A DNA stretch of 64,000 nt from NCBI GenBank assembly GCA_039794845.1, contig JAUQVK010000044.1:10458-74457 (forward strand), given 5' to 3'. The stretch comes from Thermostichus sp. DRC_bins_24 (GTDB lineage: Bacteria > Cyanobacteriota > Cyanobacteriia > Thermostichales > Thermostichaceae). Made by a program: the position numbers and the translations under genes. Under the pieces are notes generated by a model that had not been told where the DNA came from, did no database searches, and worked only from the letters and a program-made list of their open reading frames with translations. Below, in pieces: positions 18,134-27,044 of the stretch (the stretch's first letter is position 1; the number at the start of each line of letters is the position of its first letter).

Positions 18134-20061
18134 GCCGTCAGGGGAAGTCGAGAGGCGGGAGCAGCGGCTCGTTGCCCGGTTGGCCCAGGGATCCCGTTGC
18201 GCCCGTTGAGGGAAGCAGGTGAACTGGGTTCTTCTGCATCCGGCAGCAGCAAGTCCCGGATTAGGCGGGCTGCAGAGCGTTGTAACCAGCGGGAGGCCAG
18301 TTGACGACCCAGTTGTTGAGCCTCGGGCTTGGTGGCCACCTTGGCCACGACAGGCAGAAGTTGCATCGGTTGAAAGGCCGGGCTGTCGCTCAGGAGTTTC
18401 CATAGGCGTTGCAAATGCTCCAGGGTGTCTGGAGCCGGTGTCGCCGATTGGGCTCCAGAACTGGAGAAAAGCACATCCACCAAGCGCTCTCGCAGGAAGG
18501 CGCCCCGCTCAGAAAAGAGGAAGTCCACCGCTTTTTCCAGGGATCCCTGTAGGTCGAAATCTTCGCTGTTGCTGGCGTTGCGCAGCAGGTTTTCCAAACG
18601 ATTCCAGCGAAACTGCCCTTGGTTGAAGAGCAGCTCCCGTAGGGATACGCGCAGCTCTGGAGCCGGGTCGCTGAGCAGCCGTTGGGCCACATAAGGGTAG
18701 GCAACACTCAGCACCTTAAAGTTGGGATCCAGGCTGATGGCGATCCCTTCCAGGGTCAAGAGGGAGCGGATGATCAAGGCATAGTAGGCGGGCACGCGAA
18801 AGGGAAAGTCGTACATCACCCCCGAGAGCTTGTCGGTCATGCTCTTAAAGTTCATCTGGGCCACAGAGCTGCCCATTGCCTCGGCAAAGACGGCTTCCAG
18901 GGCGGGGATGATCGGGGTGAGGTCGGTATCGGGGCTGAGAAATTCTAAATCCACGTAGTCTTGGGCCAGCCCGACAAAATCGCGGTTCACCAAATGCACG
19001 ATTGCCTTGATTAGGCCGTAGCGCTGATGGGGCTGGATGGTGCTCATCATGCCGAAATCGATGTAAGCCAGCCGCCCATCGGCCATGGCCAAGAGATTAC
19101 CAGGATGGGGATCCGCGTGGAAAAAGCCGCTTTCCAAGAGCTGCTTGAGGGAGCAATTGACACCGATCTCGATCAGGTGTCGCCCATCCAGCCCTGCGGC
19201 GGTGATCTTATCCAGCTGGGTGAGCTTGATGCCGTCGATCCACTCCATTGTCAACACCTTCGTGCGGGTGTAATCCCAGTAAATCTTGGGGGCGTAGATG
19301 GAGGGATGACGATACAGCTGCAGGAAGCGCTCGGCATTGCGACCTTCCTGCGTATAGTCCATTTCTTCGTAGAGCCGCGTGGCAAACTCCTCCACAATGC
19401 CCACCAAGTCGCTACGGATGCGGCGGAAGGTTCGCTTAGCCCACAGCGCTAAGCCGCGAATGATGTACATATCGAGGGAGATGCGCCCGATCAAGTCCGG
19501 ACGCTGCACCTTGACAGCGACCTTCTCCCCCGTGTGCAAATAGGCCTGGTAAACCTGCCCGAGGCTGGCGGCAGCAATGGGGTTGGGAGCGATCTCCCGA
19601 TAAATCTTCTCTAGGGGCTGGCCGATCTCCGATTCGATTAGCTCAAAGGCAATCTTGTTGTCAAAAGGAGGCAGCTCATCCTGCAGCTTGGCCAGTTCTT
19701 CTAAGAACAGGGGTGAGACCAAATCCGGGCGGGTGGAAAGGGCTTGGCCGATTTTGATCGCCGTCGGGCCCAGTTCGGTGAGGATTTCCCGCAGTCGGGC
19801 CGCATGTTTGGGGCGGTTCTTCAGCTCCACCCCCCGCCAACGATCCCAGAATACCCAGGCCAGCAGGCCCAGAAAGGGGCTGACCAACTGAAACAGCCGC
19901 CCCACCACCAGATCCCAACGACCACGATATTGCCTGGCCAGCTGCTCCGGATCGTAGCGCAGGGCTGGCTCTGAGCTGACAGGGGGGGATCCCAACGTTG
20001 GCCCCACGGAGGGGACAAAGCGATGCTGCACGGTTGCTGGTGTTGACGGTGTTGCGCCCAT
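18130..20061 (-). CDS. AarF/ABC1/UbiB family atypical kinase
   Basis: LGPTAIKIGQALSTRPD, AAASLGQVY, VAVKVQRP, FFHADPHPGN, DFGMM. Confidence 0.93.
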   Translation of the reverse strand: MGATPSTPATVQHRFVPSVGPTLGSPPVSSEPALRYDPEQLARQYRGRWDLVVGRLFQLVSPFLGLLAWVFWDRWRGVELKNRPKHAARLREILTELGPTAIKIGQALSTRPDLVSPLFLEELAKLQDELPPFDNKIAFELIESEIGQPLEKIYREIAPNPIAAASLGQVYQAYLHTGEKVAVKVQRPDLIGRISLDMYIIRGLALWAKRTFRRIRSDLVGIVEEFATRLYEEMDYTQEGRNAERFLQLYRHPSIYAPKIYWDYTRTKVLTMEWIDGIKLTQLDKITAAGLDGRHLIEIGVNCSLKQLLESGFFHADPHPGNLLAMADGRLAYIDFGMMSTIQPHQRYGLIKAIVHLVNRDFVGLAQDYVDLEFLSPDTDLTPIIPALEAVFAEAMGSSVAQMNFKSMTDKLSGVMYDFPFRVPAYYALIIRSLLTLEGIAISLDPNFKVLSVAYPYVAQRLLSDPAPELRVSLRELLFNQGQFRWNRLENLLRNASNSEDFDLQGSLEKAVDFLFSERGAFLRERLVDVLFSSSGAQSATPAPDTLEHLQRLWKLLSDSPAFQPMQLLPVVAKVATKPEAQQLGRQLASRWLQRSAARLIRDLLLPDAEEPSSPASLNGRNGIPGPTGQRAAAPASRLPLTA

Positions 20062-20136
20062 AAAAGCCCCAACGGATCCCGTAACACATCTTAACTTGCT
20101 CCCTCAGACAACCGCTCCTCAGGGGTTACCCCCAGC

Positions 20137-21024
20137 TCACTCCATTTGGCTCAACGAGTCATGCCAAGGGATCAGCACACGCTCCAGCCCATTCACTATC
20201 TGGAAGAGCAAAATGGCAAACGCAGAGGTCACCGCAATGGTGGCCCACAGCAGCTCAATGCGAAACTCAAAGGTGCTCATCACCACCAGGTAGCCCAGGC
20301 CGCGATCGGAGCCGATCCACTCTGCCACCAAAGCGCCGATTACCGCCGCTGCACTGGAGATTTTCAGGGCCGAGAGCAAGTAGGGCAAGGCTGCCGGCCA
20401 GCGCAACTTGGCAAATACCTGCCAGGGGGAAGCCGCCAGTGTGTACATCAATTCCAGGCTGGAGCGATCCACAGAGTTGAGGCCGCGGGTCATATTCACC
20501 AGGGTCGGGAAAAAGCAGATCAACGCGGCGATGATCACCTTCGGCAACAGGCCATTGCCAAACCAGAGCAAAAACAATGGCGCCAAAGCGACGACAGGAA
20601 TCGAGCGGATCGTCAGAGCCAAAGGGAACAACGCCTGCTCGAGGGTGCGGGAGTGAACGAAGACAATCGCCAGGAGGATCGCCACCCCATTGCCCGCCAG
20701 AAAGCCCAAGATGGCCTCCAACGCCGTCACCAACAGGTTGCGCCAGAGCAACGCACGATGCTGCATCAAGGCGGCCCCGATCTCGCTCGGCTTGGGCATG
20801 ATGTAGGTGGGCACCTGCAGCCAACGGGATCCCACCTCCCAGACCACCAAAATCCCGACGATGATCAACAGGGCGTTGCGGTAGCTGTAGAGTTTGCGCC
20901 ACAGGCCGGGCCGTACAGCAGGGGCAGGGGATCCCTCCTCAGGGGGCGGTTCCGAGGTCGGCATCTCCGCCAGACCGACTCCACCGCGATTTTTTAACGG
21001 GTCTGTGAATGGCTCTTCAGGCAT
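20137..21024 (-). CDS. ABC transporter permease (NitT/TauT family)
   Basis: TM helices; IPVVALAPL; LRWPAALPY; AEWIGS; start overlaps the ATPase stop. Confidence 0.9.
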   Translation of the reverse strand: MPEEPFTDPLKNRGGVGLAEMPTSEPPPEEGSPAPAVRPGLWRKLYSYRNALLIIVGILVVWEVGSRWLQVPTYIMPKPSEIGAALMQHRALLWRNLLVTALEAILGFLAGNGVAILLAIVFVHSRTLEQALFPLALTIRSIPVVALAPLFLLWFGNGLLPKVIIAALICFFPTLVNMTRGLNSVDRSSLELMYTLAASPWQVFAKLRWPAALPYLLSALKISSAAAVIGALVAEWIGSDRGLGYLVVMSTFEFRIELLWATIAVTSAFAILLFQIVNGLERVLIPWHDSLSQME

Positions 21025-21823
21025 AGTAGAGCGCCTCTCGCACTTGCAAACTGTAGTTGTAAATTTGGCGAGCCCGGGTGGCCATATCGGTGGCGCGGGG
21101 GCGGGGCAGGTCGATATCGAGGATGGTTTTGATGCGGCCCGGTCGCGGCGAGAGCACCACCACCCGATCCGAGAGGAACACCGCTTCTTCAATCGAATGG
21201 GTGACGAACAACACCGCTGCCGTCGTCTCTTGCCAAATGCGCAACAGCTCCAAATTCATGCGATCGCGGGTGATCTCATCCAGTGCCCCAAACGGCTCAT
21301 CCATCAGCAACAAAGGCGGATTCAGGGAGAGTGCCCGCGCCAAGGCCGCCCGTTGCCGCATCCCCCCCGAAAGATGCTTGGGCTGTTTGTCTTCAAAGCC
21401 GGCCAAATGCACCAGTTTCAGCAACGAAAGCGGTTTCTCCACCAATTGAGCCGCTGCTGCCCCGATCACCTCCAGCGGCAGTTGCACATTGTGCAGCACA
21501 TTCCGCCAAGGCAACATCACCGGATCTTGAAACATGAAGCTGAAGCTGCGCTGCTTACGGGCTTCTGTGGGGGTTTGCCCATGCACCCGAATCTGGCCGC
21601 TGCTGGGTTTGAGGATATCCGCCACCAGACGCAAAATGGTGGATTTGCCACAGCCACTCGGCCCGATCAGAGAGACGAACTCTCCGGCTCGCACGCTCAA
21701 GTTGACATCCTGTAAAGCAGTAACCGCCCGCCCACCGGAAAGGTAGGTCATGCTGACGTTTTGCAGCTCGACCGCCGGGATCCCTGTAGTTCGGGTTAGC
21801 GTCAGGGGCTCAAGCATGGCCAT
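21017..21823 (-). CDS. ABC transporter ATP-binding protein (NitT/TauT family)
   Basis: GPSGCGKST, LSGGMRQR, LLMDEPFGALD, VTHSIEEA. Confidence 0.93.
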   Translation of the reverse strand: MAMLEPLTLTRTTGIPAVELQNVSMTYLSGGRAVTALQDVNLSVRAGEFVSLIGPSGCGKSTILRLVADILKPSSGQIRVHGQTPTEARKQRSFSFMFQDPVMLPWRNVLHNVQLPLEVIGAAAAQLVEKPLSLLKLVHLAGFEDKQPKHLSGGMRQRAALARALSLNPPLLLMDEPFGALDEITRDRMNLELLRIWQETTAAVLFVTHSIEEAVFLSDRVVVLSPRPGRIKTILDIDLPRPRATDMATRARQIYNYSLQVREALYYA

Positions 21824-22850
21824 GCACCTTCTCCAGCAGATCGAAGACCAACAGCTGGCTGACGTCGATGGGACGTTCGATCACTTCGGTTTCGACGGCC
21901 ACTTGATTGGTTTGCTCCCATCGCCCGGGATCCATCCAAAACAGGCCCTTTTCTTCGGTAAGCTCCGATACCATTAACTCTAGGCCGGCGCGATTTTGGG
22001 CGATCTGCTGCGTGAGGCTCAGCCCTTCCCCGTACTTTTCCACCACAAACTGGGCTACCTCGTCGGGGTTTTGCATAGTGTATTCCCACCCTTTCAGGGA
22101 GGCGCGCAAAAAGGCTTCCAGCACATCGGGTTTGCGTTCCAGCATCGCTTCGGTGGCAATGAAACTATCTGCCTCAAAGCGCAAGCCCATGTCGTAGTAG
22201 AGGAAGACCCGGGGTTCTATGCCTTGTTCCTTCATGGTGAGGGGCTGGTTGGTGGCAAAGGCGGTGTAGAGATCGACGACCCCCTGCATCACTGGGCTGG
22301 GATCAAAGGACACCACGATCATTTCCACCTGGTCTTCTGGGATCCCGTTGATCTTAAGGACGGTTTTGACCACATTGCGGGCGGTTTGTTGGTGGCCGAT
22401 CTTCTTACCTGCGAAGTCTTGTGGGCTCATGATGCCGCTATCGGCTCGACAAACCAAACACCCCGGCGACTTTTGATAGGTAGATCCAAAGGCGATCAGA
22501 GGTACGCCACGGGAACGGGCGGCCACCAGTTGGGTTGCGGAGGCGATAATGCCAATGTCTGCAACACCACTGGCAGTGACCGTAGCCGGATCGATTTGGC
22601 CCCCACCGGGAAGGATGTTGATATCCAAGCCTTCCTCTTTGAAAAAGCCTTTTTCCAGCGCCGCCCATTGTCCGGCAAATTCCACGTTTTTGATCCAGGC
22701 CAGTTGCAAATTGGCCGATTGCAGGGCTTGGGCTTCTGCTTTTTGCCCTACTCGCCAACCCACCGCCCCGGCAACTGTGAACCCAACCGCCTGCTGCAGG
22801 AAAGCCCGGCGGCTACGGGGCCAACCGGCAAGGGTGACTTTCTCCAACAT
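21810..22850 (-). CDS. ABC substrate-binding protein, NMT1/THI5-like, with Tat signal
   Basis: SRRAFL twin-arginine motif; LQLAWIKNVEFAG...GFFKEEGLD; AGGAG RBS. Confidence 0.88.
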   Translation of the reverse strand: MLEKVTLAGWPRSRRAFLQQAVGFTVAGAVGWRVGQKAEAQALQSANLQLAWIKNVEFAGQWAALEKGFFKEEGLDINILPGGGQIDPATVTASGVADIGIIASATQLVAARSRGVPLIAFGSTYQKSPGCLVCRADSGIMSPQDFAGKKIGHQQTARNVVKTVLKINGIPEDQVEMIVVSFDPSPVMQGVVDLYTAFATNQPLTMKEQGIEPRVFLYYDMGLRFEADSFIATEAMLERKPDVLEAFLRASLKGWEYTMQNPDEVAQFVVEKYGEGLSLTQQIAQNRAGLELMVSELTEEKGLFWMDPGRWEQTNQVAVETEVIERPIDVSQLLVFDLLEKVHGHA

Positions 22851-22936
22851 CGATCCGCTCCTTCAGTGTGTTTTGTTTGGGGGGAGGCGACTGCGTCTTC
22901 AAGATGGGCAGCCATAGGGTGAAAAAGACTGGTTGA

Positions 22937-22978
22937 ACCTTAATGGGTCTGGGTTTAGGAAGTTGTAGCTGCCTATAC
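22937..22978 (-). promoter_or_regulatory. NtcA-activated promoter (GTA-N8-TAC, 22 nt, TAN3T)
   Basis: GTATAGGCAGCTAC (22978-22965), exactly 22 nt, then TAAGGT (22942-22937), oriented toward the ABC operon. Confidence 0.75.
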
Positions 22979-23104
22979 GGGGATCCCTTCTGGGGGTTGG
23001 ATGGCCCGGCAGTGTGGGCAGAAAATACCCCCTCTTGACGGGATCCCACCCGTGGGCTGAGCTGGGGATCCCCTTAAAATAGGAAGACTGCACCGCTGGC
23101 CTTT

Positions 23105-23983
23105 GTGTCTGGATCCCACGCCCTTCCGCCTGCTGAGCCGGGTTCGACTCGGTTTGAAACCCTCAAGGCTCGCCATTTGCTGTTGGCCTTCCTGTTGATC
23201 AACCTGAGTGTAGGCTTGGGGATGGTTGCCTTGGCCAGGCTGTTGAATTGGCAGTCGGACGACCCGCTGCTGGCCTACCTTGTCTACTGCGCTACGTTTA
23301 TCCTCACCTGTGCCTGGAGCTGGCGACGGGGGCAACAGGCTCATGTGCAAATGGGGCAACTGTGGGGGAACTGGCGCGCCCCGATCCCCTGGGGATCCCT
23401 GCTGCGGGTGGTGTTGGCGCTGGTGATGCTCTCCATGGGCACAACCTTGCTAATGCTTTATCTGGTGTCACTGCTCTCACCCGAGCTGGCGGAGTTGATG
23501 TTGTCTACGCTGGGGGAAGACACTCGCGCCACTGCCTGGCCGCAAGTGTACCAGGGGTTGCGCTGGTTCTCGATTGTGGTGGTAGCCCCGGTGACGGAGG
23601 AGTGGCTGTTTCGCGGCATTTTGCTCCACCGCTGGAGTCTCAAGTGGGGGATCTCCAAAGGTCTGCTGGCCTCTTCCGTGCTGTTCGGCCTGATGCACCC
23701 CAACCCGATTGGGCTAACGGTGTTTGGCTTGGTGATGGGCTTGTTTTATCTGCAAACCCGCTCCCTCACTCTGCCCATTCTGGCCCACGTCTTGAACAAT
23801 GTCTTGGCCCTGACGCTCGGATCTTTGGGGGGAGAAGGGAGCACAGAAGGAGATCCAATTGGAATTTTTTACCTATACTATGGTCTGTTCTGTCTGATTT
23901 TGGCTGGATCCATTTTGGTGCCCTTTATCCGCTTTCATTGGCCGCAACGCGGGACCCAGTTGCCCTATTTTCTTAATCGCTGA
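23105..23983 (+). CDS. CPBP family intramembrane metalloprotease (Abi/CAAX)
   Basis: APVTEEWLFRG, LFGLMH, AHVLNN; multiple TMs. Confidence 0.9.
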   Translation: MSGSHALPPAEPGSTRFETLKARHLLLAFLLINLSVGLGMVALARLLNWQSDDPLLAYLVYCATFILTCAWSWRRGQQAHVQMGQLWGNWRAPIPWGSLLRVVLALVMLSMGTTLLMLYLVSLLSPELAELMLSTLGEDTRATAWPQVYQGLRWFSIVVVAPVTEEWLFRGILLHRWSLKWGISKGLLASSVLFGLMHPNPIGLTVFGLVMGLFYLQTRSLTLPILAHVLNNVLALTLGSLGGEGSTEGDPIGIFYLYYGLFCLILAGSILVPFIRFHWPQRGTQLPYFLNR

Positions 23984-23986
23984 ATG

Positions 23987-24699
23987 CTGAGGGGGTGACA
24001 ATCACAGGTAGGATGCTTGTCTGATGAACCGTTCATGACAGACATGAGTACCTTCATAGGTCATACCCACCACTTTTGAAGTCTCGAAACATCTCTTCAA
24101 TGCCAAACCGTTTTCTTATACAGCCCTTTACGCCTAGGGCACGCTGGCGCGTTCGTCCATGGCGGCCCATAGGGCACCGCTAGTCCCATGTAACAACCGT
24201 GGAAGTTGAGATCCACCCCCTAGGGCTAAAGAAGCACAAGCCCTGCCGTAGAAAACCCGCGTAAGGGCTGTAAGCCGTAATCGCCGTAGCTAAATCCTCT
24301 AGATTGGTCAGGATAAACCATCCTTCTTTTGTTGATAGCCCCTGGGTCTTACGTTTCCACTTCGCAGCGATATTAAACTGACCATACCCCTTCTTCCTGG
24401 TGACTTTGACCCCCTGTAAAAATAGACTGTTCCCTGGAGAAAGCTCTAGTTGCTCTAAGCTTTGCCAAACCTCGTCCTTCGTTTGGATAAACTCGTTCTT
24501 CCTTAATCGCAAGCAGAAGTGAGTTTTCTTCTCCTGAAGCCAGTTCCCAAGTTTTACAGAGCAAAATTCTCGGTCGGGATGACTTGATAGTCCTTCAATA
24601 GGGGTAAGACGAGCGATAATGAACGGCCTACTTTTTTTACCACAATAAGGTCAATCCCTTGTCCCGTAAGCTTTCCACACACCTTTGTCACCCCGTCAG
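23987..24699 (-). mobile_element. Internally deleted IS4-family element (transposase pseudogene)
   Basis: TIRs CTGAGGGGGTGACAA (23987-24001) and TTGTCACCCCGTCAG (24685-24699); fragments DREFCSVKLGNWL, GWFILTNL, AY..RFGIEEMFRDFKSGGY; AT-richer than the flanks. Confidence 0.8.
24121..24270. mobile_element. 150-bp MITE inserted into the IS4 remnant
   Basis: Ends CAGCCCTTTACGC and GCGTAAGGGCTG are inverted repeats; TA on both flanks; interrupts the transposase at its Y-x-x-R motif. Confidence 0.75.
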
Positions 24700-24915
24700 G
24701 CCCATGACTCTCAGCCAATGGTTAATGAATGCCCACGCTAGCAGATAGGATCTCCCCATAGGCCTTGTTGGAGTGGCCCTGAAAATGCCCCCGCACCTGT
24801 TACAGGGATCCATTCCATGACTAACAAGGATCCAAGCAGTGCTGAACCCGTACAACTCCTGTGCCTATGGCGGCTGAGTTTGGAGAACCACAGGCCAACT
24901 TCCAATACACCCAAC

Positions 24916-26412
24916 TTAGGGTAGCGCGACATGGTTCACCCCAGCGAACAGGATCAACATCAGCACCAACACCACACTCAAGCCCCCAATCACCGCCTCT
25001 AACCCCTCATCCAAGCGCCAAGACCCTTCTGCGGAGCACGAACGCTTGAGCGGGAAACGCTCCCAAAACCACCCGTTCGCGCCAGCGGGACGGAGTCCGA
25101 GGAGGATGCCAAGACTCAGGCTGAGCAGTGCCTTGAGAAGACTGGCAGTACTATAGGCCGCCGGTAACCCGCTCCAGAGCAAGCCCCCACCCCAGATCGC
25201 CAGCGCCACTTTATCTTGCCAGCCTGCCTGATGGGTGATTTTCAGGGTCACCGGAGGGGGTGTCAGCAGCACCCGGATCCCCACACAGGTGGTCCCCACG
25301 GTGACCACGGTGAGCAGCCACTCGTGCCAAGGCGCCAGGGCAGATAAGCTCAGGGCTTTCGCCGCGTAACCCAAACTACCGGGCACACCGGCCAGCGAGG
25401 CTGCCCCCAGAATCAACATCGGCCAGCGCCAGCGATTCGTCACGGCTGCCCCGATAAACAGCAAGGGTTTCGCCAGTCCGTGGGCAAGGCCATACAAACC
25501 CGCCCACTGGGGCGCAGCGATCACAAATCCCATCTGCGATACCGAGCTCCAAGCCAACAGGCGCTGCGGTGTCCTTGACATCAAGGCAAACGCAATGCCA
25601 AAAACAGCTGAGCCCGCACTCAAGTAGGGTAGCCACTGAGCCAAGACCCCTGAGGCTTCACCACAGCGAACCAAGGCCATGGCTCCTGCTTTGGTGGTAA
25701 AGCCGCTGAGCACCGTCACGATAACCGGATCAGCACTGATATAAGTTAGGGGCAGCCATAAGCCTGCGACGAAGACCGCCCCCTTGGCCAAGAGACCCAG
25801 AGTAATCAGGGCCAAAGCCGTCGGTGTGGCTGCAGCCAAACTGCTGATGGCAAAGGATCCCGTGCGCACATAGACCAACACCGTGCCCATTAGATAAAAG
25901 AGCATGGCAACATTGCTCATAAACAGGTAACGCAGCCCCACCCAGAGTTGCCGCTCCCCCACTGTCGGTTGGTGCTCGGCACGCCGCCCATAGGTCAACA
26001 GCAAAAACACCCCGACACTCAACACCTCGAGGGCAACATAGACGCTGATCAGATCGGCGCTGATGACCACTGCATTGGCACTGCCGTGGACGATCAGCAG
26101 TTGCATGGCCACGAAGCGGTTGCCCACAAAACGTCGATCCAGATACAACGCCACCACAAGCGTGACCAGGCCATGAGCCAAGAGCATCGGCGCCACCTGG
26201 GCATCTACGCGCAGCGTCACCCCAAAGTGATCCAGCAGCCTCAGTTCCAGCGGCACAGCTGTGGTACCGGGCAAGCCTCCGTGCTGCACCGCATAAACCG
26301 CCGTCAGCACAGCCATAGCGATCACACTTGGGCGTGTCAGGACTGGCAGCAAGTAGGTTGTGAACGCCAACAAAAAGGGCAGCGCCACCCATACCAACGT
26401 CAGTTCAGTCAT
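24916..26412 (-). CDS. mrpD: MrpD-like cation:proton antiporter subunit
   Basis: Many TMs; DLISVYVALE, GLWLPLTY, LLAWSSVSQMGF, HGLAK. Confidence 0.8.
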   Translation of the reverse strand: MTELTLVWVALPFLLAFTTYLLPVLTRPSVIAMAVLTAVYAVQHGGLPGTTAVPLELRLLDHFGVTLRVDAQVAPMLLAHGLVTLVVALYLDRRFVGNRFVAMQLLIVHGSANAVVISADLISVYVALEVLSVGVFLLLTYGRRAEHQPTVGERQLWVGLRYLFMSNVAMLFYLMGTVLVYVRTGSFAISSLAAATPTALALITLGLLAKGAVFVAGLWLPLTYISADPVIVTVLSGFTTKAGAMALVRCGEASGVLAQWLPYLSAGSAVFGIAFALMSRTPQRLLAWSSVSQMGFVIAAPQWAGLYGLAHGLAKPLLFIGAAVTNRWRWPMLILGAASLAGVPGSLGYAAKALSLSALAPWHEWLLTVVTVGTTCVGIRVLLTPPPVTLKITHQAGWQDKVALAIWGGGLLWSGLPAAYSTASLLKALLSLSLGILLGLRPAGANGWFWERFPLKRSCSAEGSWRLDEGLEAVIGGLSVVLVLMLILFAGVNHVALP

Positions 26413-26755
26413 CTGGGGTTGCCTGTGTGAGGGCCTGCTCGATACTCTCAACTTCCAGGGTGGGGTGGTTGCGGGCCAGTTTCATCACCCCCACCAACAT
26501 CAAGGCTTGCACCGACAGGCCAATCACAATCGCCGTGAGGATAACCCCTTGAGGCACCGGATCGGCATAGGCCAGCTCCCGCCAGGGTTTGTAGATGGGT
26601 GTGAACATACCGTTCCGTGCCGCCCAAATCACAAAGAAGGCAATGACACCCGTACTCATCACATCCATCGCAATGATCTTCATAATTAGGTTGCGCTTAA
26701 CCACAACCCCCAAAAAGCCAAGGATGATCGTGATGATGATGGCAGCATTTAACAT
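26405..26755 (-). CDS. mrpC: MrpC-like antiporter subunit
   Basis: NLIMKIIAMDVM, ADPVPQGVILTAIVIG. Confidence 0.88.
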   Translation of the reverse strand: MLNAAIIITIILGFLGVVVKRNLIMKIIAMDVMSTGVIAFFVIWAARNGMFTPIYKPWRELAYADPVPQGVILTAIVIGLSVQALMLVGVMKLARNHPTLEVESIEQALTQATPDD

Positions 26756-27044
26756 TTGTCCCTCACTCGCCGCGTTCGGGCGGGATCCAGTTCATTCAGT
26801 CAGTATCCAGCCTCTACGGTCTTGGCAGCCAGATTTGCAGACGTGACTTCCGAACGGCCACTGCAGTTGCGGCAACCCAATACATCGGTTGAGTTTCTAA
26901 GCATCCTCCAGGGCTGAGCTGAAAAAACGATTGAAGAGGCCGCCTCGAAGTTAGAGGGGATCGTGACGCAACCGGGATCCAGATACCCACAACCCACAGC
27001 AGGGCCGTGCTTTAGGATAGAGGCTATTGGGGATCCCGTCTGTG

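Noticed and set aside
20146..22922. Long antisense ORFs opposite the ABC operon and similar shadow ORFs elsewhere
   Set aside because: Expected by-product of GC-rich codon usage; no motifs, and fully overlapping well-supported genes
22851..23100. TPP riboswitch upstream of the NMT1/THI5-like gene
   Set aside because: No convincing CTGAGA...ACCTGA aptamer core on the coding strand; the NtcA promoter explains the region better
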